Positions 61,649-64,000 of a stretch of DNA of 64,000 nt are shown one piece after another. Position numbers and translations under genes: made by a program. The stretch lies in assembly GCA_944320495.1 (NCBI GenBank), contig CALUHR010000003.1:64001-128000 (forward strand). Reading direction: 5' to 3'. A model generated the notes under the pieces. That model saw only the letters and a program-made list of their open reading frames with translations. It was not told the origin of the DNA and searched no databases. This DNA is from Candidatus Methanomethylophilaceae archaeon (GTDB lineage Archaea; Thermoplasmatota; Thermoplasmata; Methanomassiliicoccales; Methanomethylophilaceae). Within the stretch, counting starts at the first letter, position 1. Each line of letters opens with the position of its first letter.

Positions 61649-62154
61649 TCGTTTTCCTCCTATCGCCTTGTCCGGTGTTACCCGAACTCAGCAATACATC
61701 CAACCCATGGCGGTTATTTAACCCAAATCGAGGATGGATGTTTTGACCATAATTTATATACTACAAACAAAGATTTAAATAATAGTTTACATAACTTTCC
61801 TATTTTGAAGACGAATTCAATATTTTGTTTAAATATCATTATTTAAAGAATCTCGATTTATTTAAAAAGAAGATTTGATTATTTCTTTTAGGATTTTATT
61901 ATCAAATATTTCCTTTTGAGATAATATTGAGCCATCAATACAATGGATTCGGACGGACTACGGCACGGAGACTGATGCAAGAGCATACATCCAACCACCA
62001 TCCATCCAAGTTCCGTCCGAAGAAACCACTTTCCTACTCTATACAAAAAGTATATAGATGGTAGGATTGGGAAATCCATCCATCGCGATAAAGCCTCATT
62101 AAAAAAGGGAGTAAGATTGGAAACCGTTTTAATCAGAAAAACATCGGACCAATC

Positions 62155-62742
62155 ATGTACGTATACATACTGGGCGGCTTCCTCGGAAGCGGGAAGACCA
62201 CCCTTCTCATGAAACTGGCATCCATGTACACCAAACGCGGCGAGAAGACCGCGCTCCTCGTGAACGAATCCGGGGAGATCGGTGTGGACGGGGCCACTCT
62301 GAAGGCACAGGGTTACGACGCCATCGAGCTGCCGAACGGATGCATCTGCTGCTCCCTCTCCGGTACCCTGCAGTCCGCCCTCAAGAACATCAAGAAGGAC
62401 ATCGACCCCGACATAATCATCATCGAGCCCACCGGACTCGCCCTCCCCCACAAGGTCAGGGAGCTCGTCAAGGTATCCATGATCGACCCGGACGACATCT
62501 TCATCATCGGAGTCGCCGACGTCCAGAGGTTCGACGACCTCGTCAAGAAGAAGGAGCAGTTCTTCAAGATGCAGATGTCCAACGCCGACTTCATCCTGAT
62601 CAACAAGAAGGACCTGGCCAGGCCCGGACAGATCGAGGAGGTCACCGGATGGCTCAACAAGGAGTTCCCCGGCAAGCCCGTGGAAGCCATCTCCGCCAAG
62701 ACCGACGAGAACATCGACAAGCTCTACGAGATGATGAGATGA
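62155..62742 (+). CDS. CobW/HypB/UreG-family (G3E) GTPase
   Basis: GGFLGSGKTT, LVNESGEIGVDG, NGCICC, IIEPTG, NKKD. Confidence 0.88.
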   Translation: MYVYILGGFLGSGKTTLLMKLASMYTKRGEKTALLVNESGEIGVDGATLKAQGYDAIELPNGCICCSLSGTLQSALKNIKKDIDPDIIIIEPTGLALPHKVRELVKVSMIDPDDIFIIGVADVQRFDDLVKKKEQFFKMQMSNADFILINKKDLARPGQIEEVTGWLNKEFPGKPVEAISAKTDENIDKLYEMMR

Positions 62743-63365
62743 GCGGACACGACGAGGAATGCCACTGCCACGATCACGACCATGAGCACGAGCACACCTC
62801 GCTCGACGACGCGAGCGGATGCGCGGTCGGGCTGCAGGGTAGCATCGTCGGCTGGAACGCCGATGCCGAGGCAAGGATGGCGAACGCCCTCCTGACCGTC
62901 GGGAAATGGGTCGCCCAGGAGTCCGGCTGCCTCCTCGGGCACATCAAGGCCGCCGTCGTCGACGAGAACGGCGCCGGCGTGACCCTGAACCTCACCGACC
63001 TCGACAACGGGGTCGAGCACCACGGTACCCTAGAGCCCATGGAGAAGGTGCGCTTCGCATTCATGTGCGCCGTCGTCGACGTCGACGAGCACGAGCTCAG
63101 GCACAGGATGTTCCACGCCATCGACGACACCGGCCTCGACTACGAGCTGGACGAGCACGTGGAATGCCACTGCCACGATCACGACCATGAGCATCACCAC
63201 CACGACGGGGAGTGCCACTGCCATGACCATGAGCACGAGCACGGACACGAGCACCATCATGATGGCGAGTGCCACTGCCACGATCACGATGACAAGGGCT
63301 GCTGCGAGCAGAAGCCCGCGAAGGAGGAGAAGAAATCCTTCTGGAGCAAACTCAGGAGGAAGTGA
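62739..63365 (+). CDS. His/Cys-rich putative metal-binding protein
   Basis: ECHCHDH repeated four times around a small alpha/beta core (GHIKA...NLT). ATGA overlap. Confidence 0.75.
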   Translation: MSGHDEECHCHDHDHEHEHTSLDDASGCAVGLQGSIVGWNADAEARMANALLTVGKWVAQESGCLLGHIKAAVVDENGAGVTLNLTDLDNGVEHHGTLEPMEKVRFAFMCAVVDVDEHELRHRMFHAIDDTGLDYELDEHVECHCHDHDHEHHHHDGECHCHDHEHEHGHEHHHDGECHCHDHDDKGCCEQKPAKEEKKSFWSKLRRK

Positions 63366-63411
63366 GCCCTCGGGACACGTCTTCCGAACCAAACCTTAGG
63401 AGGAAAATAGA

Positions 63412-64000
63412 ATGGCTTATGGAATATCGATTGACATCGGCACCAGCGGGAGCAGGGCGCACGCGGTCGACCTGGACAGCGGGAAGATCCTGTCCACCTC
63501 GGTCACCGAGTGCCACCCCCTCCCCGGCGCGAACATCATGGACCATCTCACGTTCTGCATCAACGTGGGGACCGAGGTGGCCCACAAGATCCTCATCGAC
63601 ACCGAGAACAAACTGATCAAGACCCTCGGCATCGACCTCAAACAGGTCGAGAAGGTCAGCATCTGCGGTAACCCCATCCAGCTCTCCCTGTTCCAGGGAA
63701 TCCCCGTGGACGACCTCGCCTTCGCCGGCGAGAACGCCCACAAGGCCAGAGGCATCACCGCGCAGAAGAGGGATGCGGGAGTGTTCTCCGCGGTCGACGT
63801 CGGACTCGAGGTCAAGGACGGCTGCGAGCTCTACGTCCCCCCTGCGATCAGGCACGAGATCGGGGCCGACGCACTCGCCATGATGTACAAGAGCGGATTC
63901 CTCGAGGACAAGCGCAACTGCCTCGTCACCGACTACGGAACCAACGCCGAGATGGCCCTGAAGATCGGGGACGACATCTATACGGGGTCCGCCGCGGCCG
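63412..64000 (+). CDS. ramA: Methyltransferase corrinoid protein reductive activase (ASKHA family), truncated by the window end
   Basis: AGGAGG Shine-Dalgarno; GISIDIGTSG, HPLPGANIMDH, ICGNPIQLSLF, HEIGADALAM, TDYGTNAEMAL. Confidence 0.85.
   Translation, partial: MAYGISIDIGTSGSRAHAVDLDSGKILSTSVTECHPLPGANIMDHLTFCINVGTEVAHKILIDTENKLIKTLGIDLKQVEKVSICGNPIQLSLFQGIPVDDLAFAGENAHKARGITAQKRDAGVFSAVDVGLEVKDGCELYVPPAIRHEIGADALAMMYKSGFLEDKRNCLVTDYGTNAEMALKIGDDIYTGSAAA

Noticed and set aside
920-63855. Numerous long antisense or alternative-frame ORFs (e.g. 920..3367, 4304..7459, 47715..49088, 56601..59000)
   Set aside because: Shadow ORFs typical of GC-rich DNA, lying over well-supported genes, with Arg/Gly/Val-rich or low-complexity translations.
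1-64000. CRISPR array, tRNA/rRNA genes, transposase or integrase
   Set aside because: No regularly spaced repeat-spacer array, cloverleaf, rRNA or recombinase motifs were recognised by eye.

Overview
GC-rich archaeal DNA, most likely a host-associated Methanomassiliicoccales (Methanomethylophilaceae-like) methanogen. This is inferred from the gene content: tandem mtaCB, a RamA-type corrinoid activase, fhs, archaeal cdc6 and rfcS, five Sel1-repeat proteins and Flg_new-repeat adhesins. Left to right: the 3' part of a giant repeat adhesin with an in-frame TAG; PAPS-reductase family gene and cysE; a lower-GC four-gene surface-protein island; AAA+/DUF4143 ATPase; cysS and a radical SAM gene; a structured intergenic region; the nif3-cdc6-tRNA thiolase operon; rfcS; paaK/HAD; Sel1 genes; pdxS/pdxT; two MFS transporters; fhs; the feoAAB locus; a five-gene Hsp70(vWA)/J-like/GTPase/GrpE/Hsp70 operon; Usp; mtaC-mtaB twice; and a CobW-like, His-rich, ramA operon. 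The main observation concerns the codon CGA. Reading Arg codons by eye, I found none in any gene body, yet CGA sits at the natural C-terminus of 11 genes whose ORFs otherwise run on over neighbouring genes or promoters. No confident gene ends in TAG, and one TAG lies inside a gene. This points to a variant genetic code (CGA = stop, TAG = probably pyrrolysine) or to C-to-U stop-creating editing. Other leads are the accessory Hsp70/GTPase system and a DinQ-like type I toxin candidate. All counts are manual; no database searches were run.
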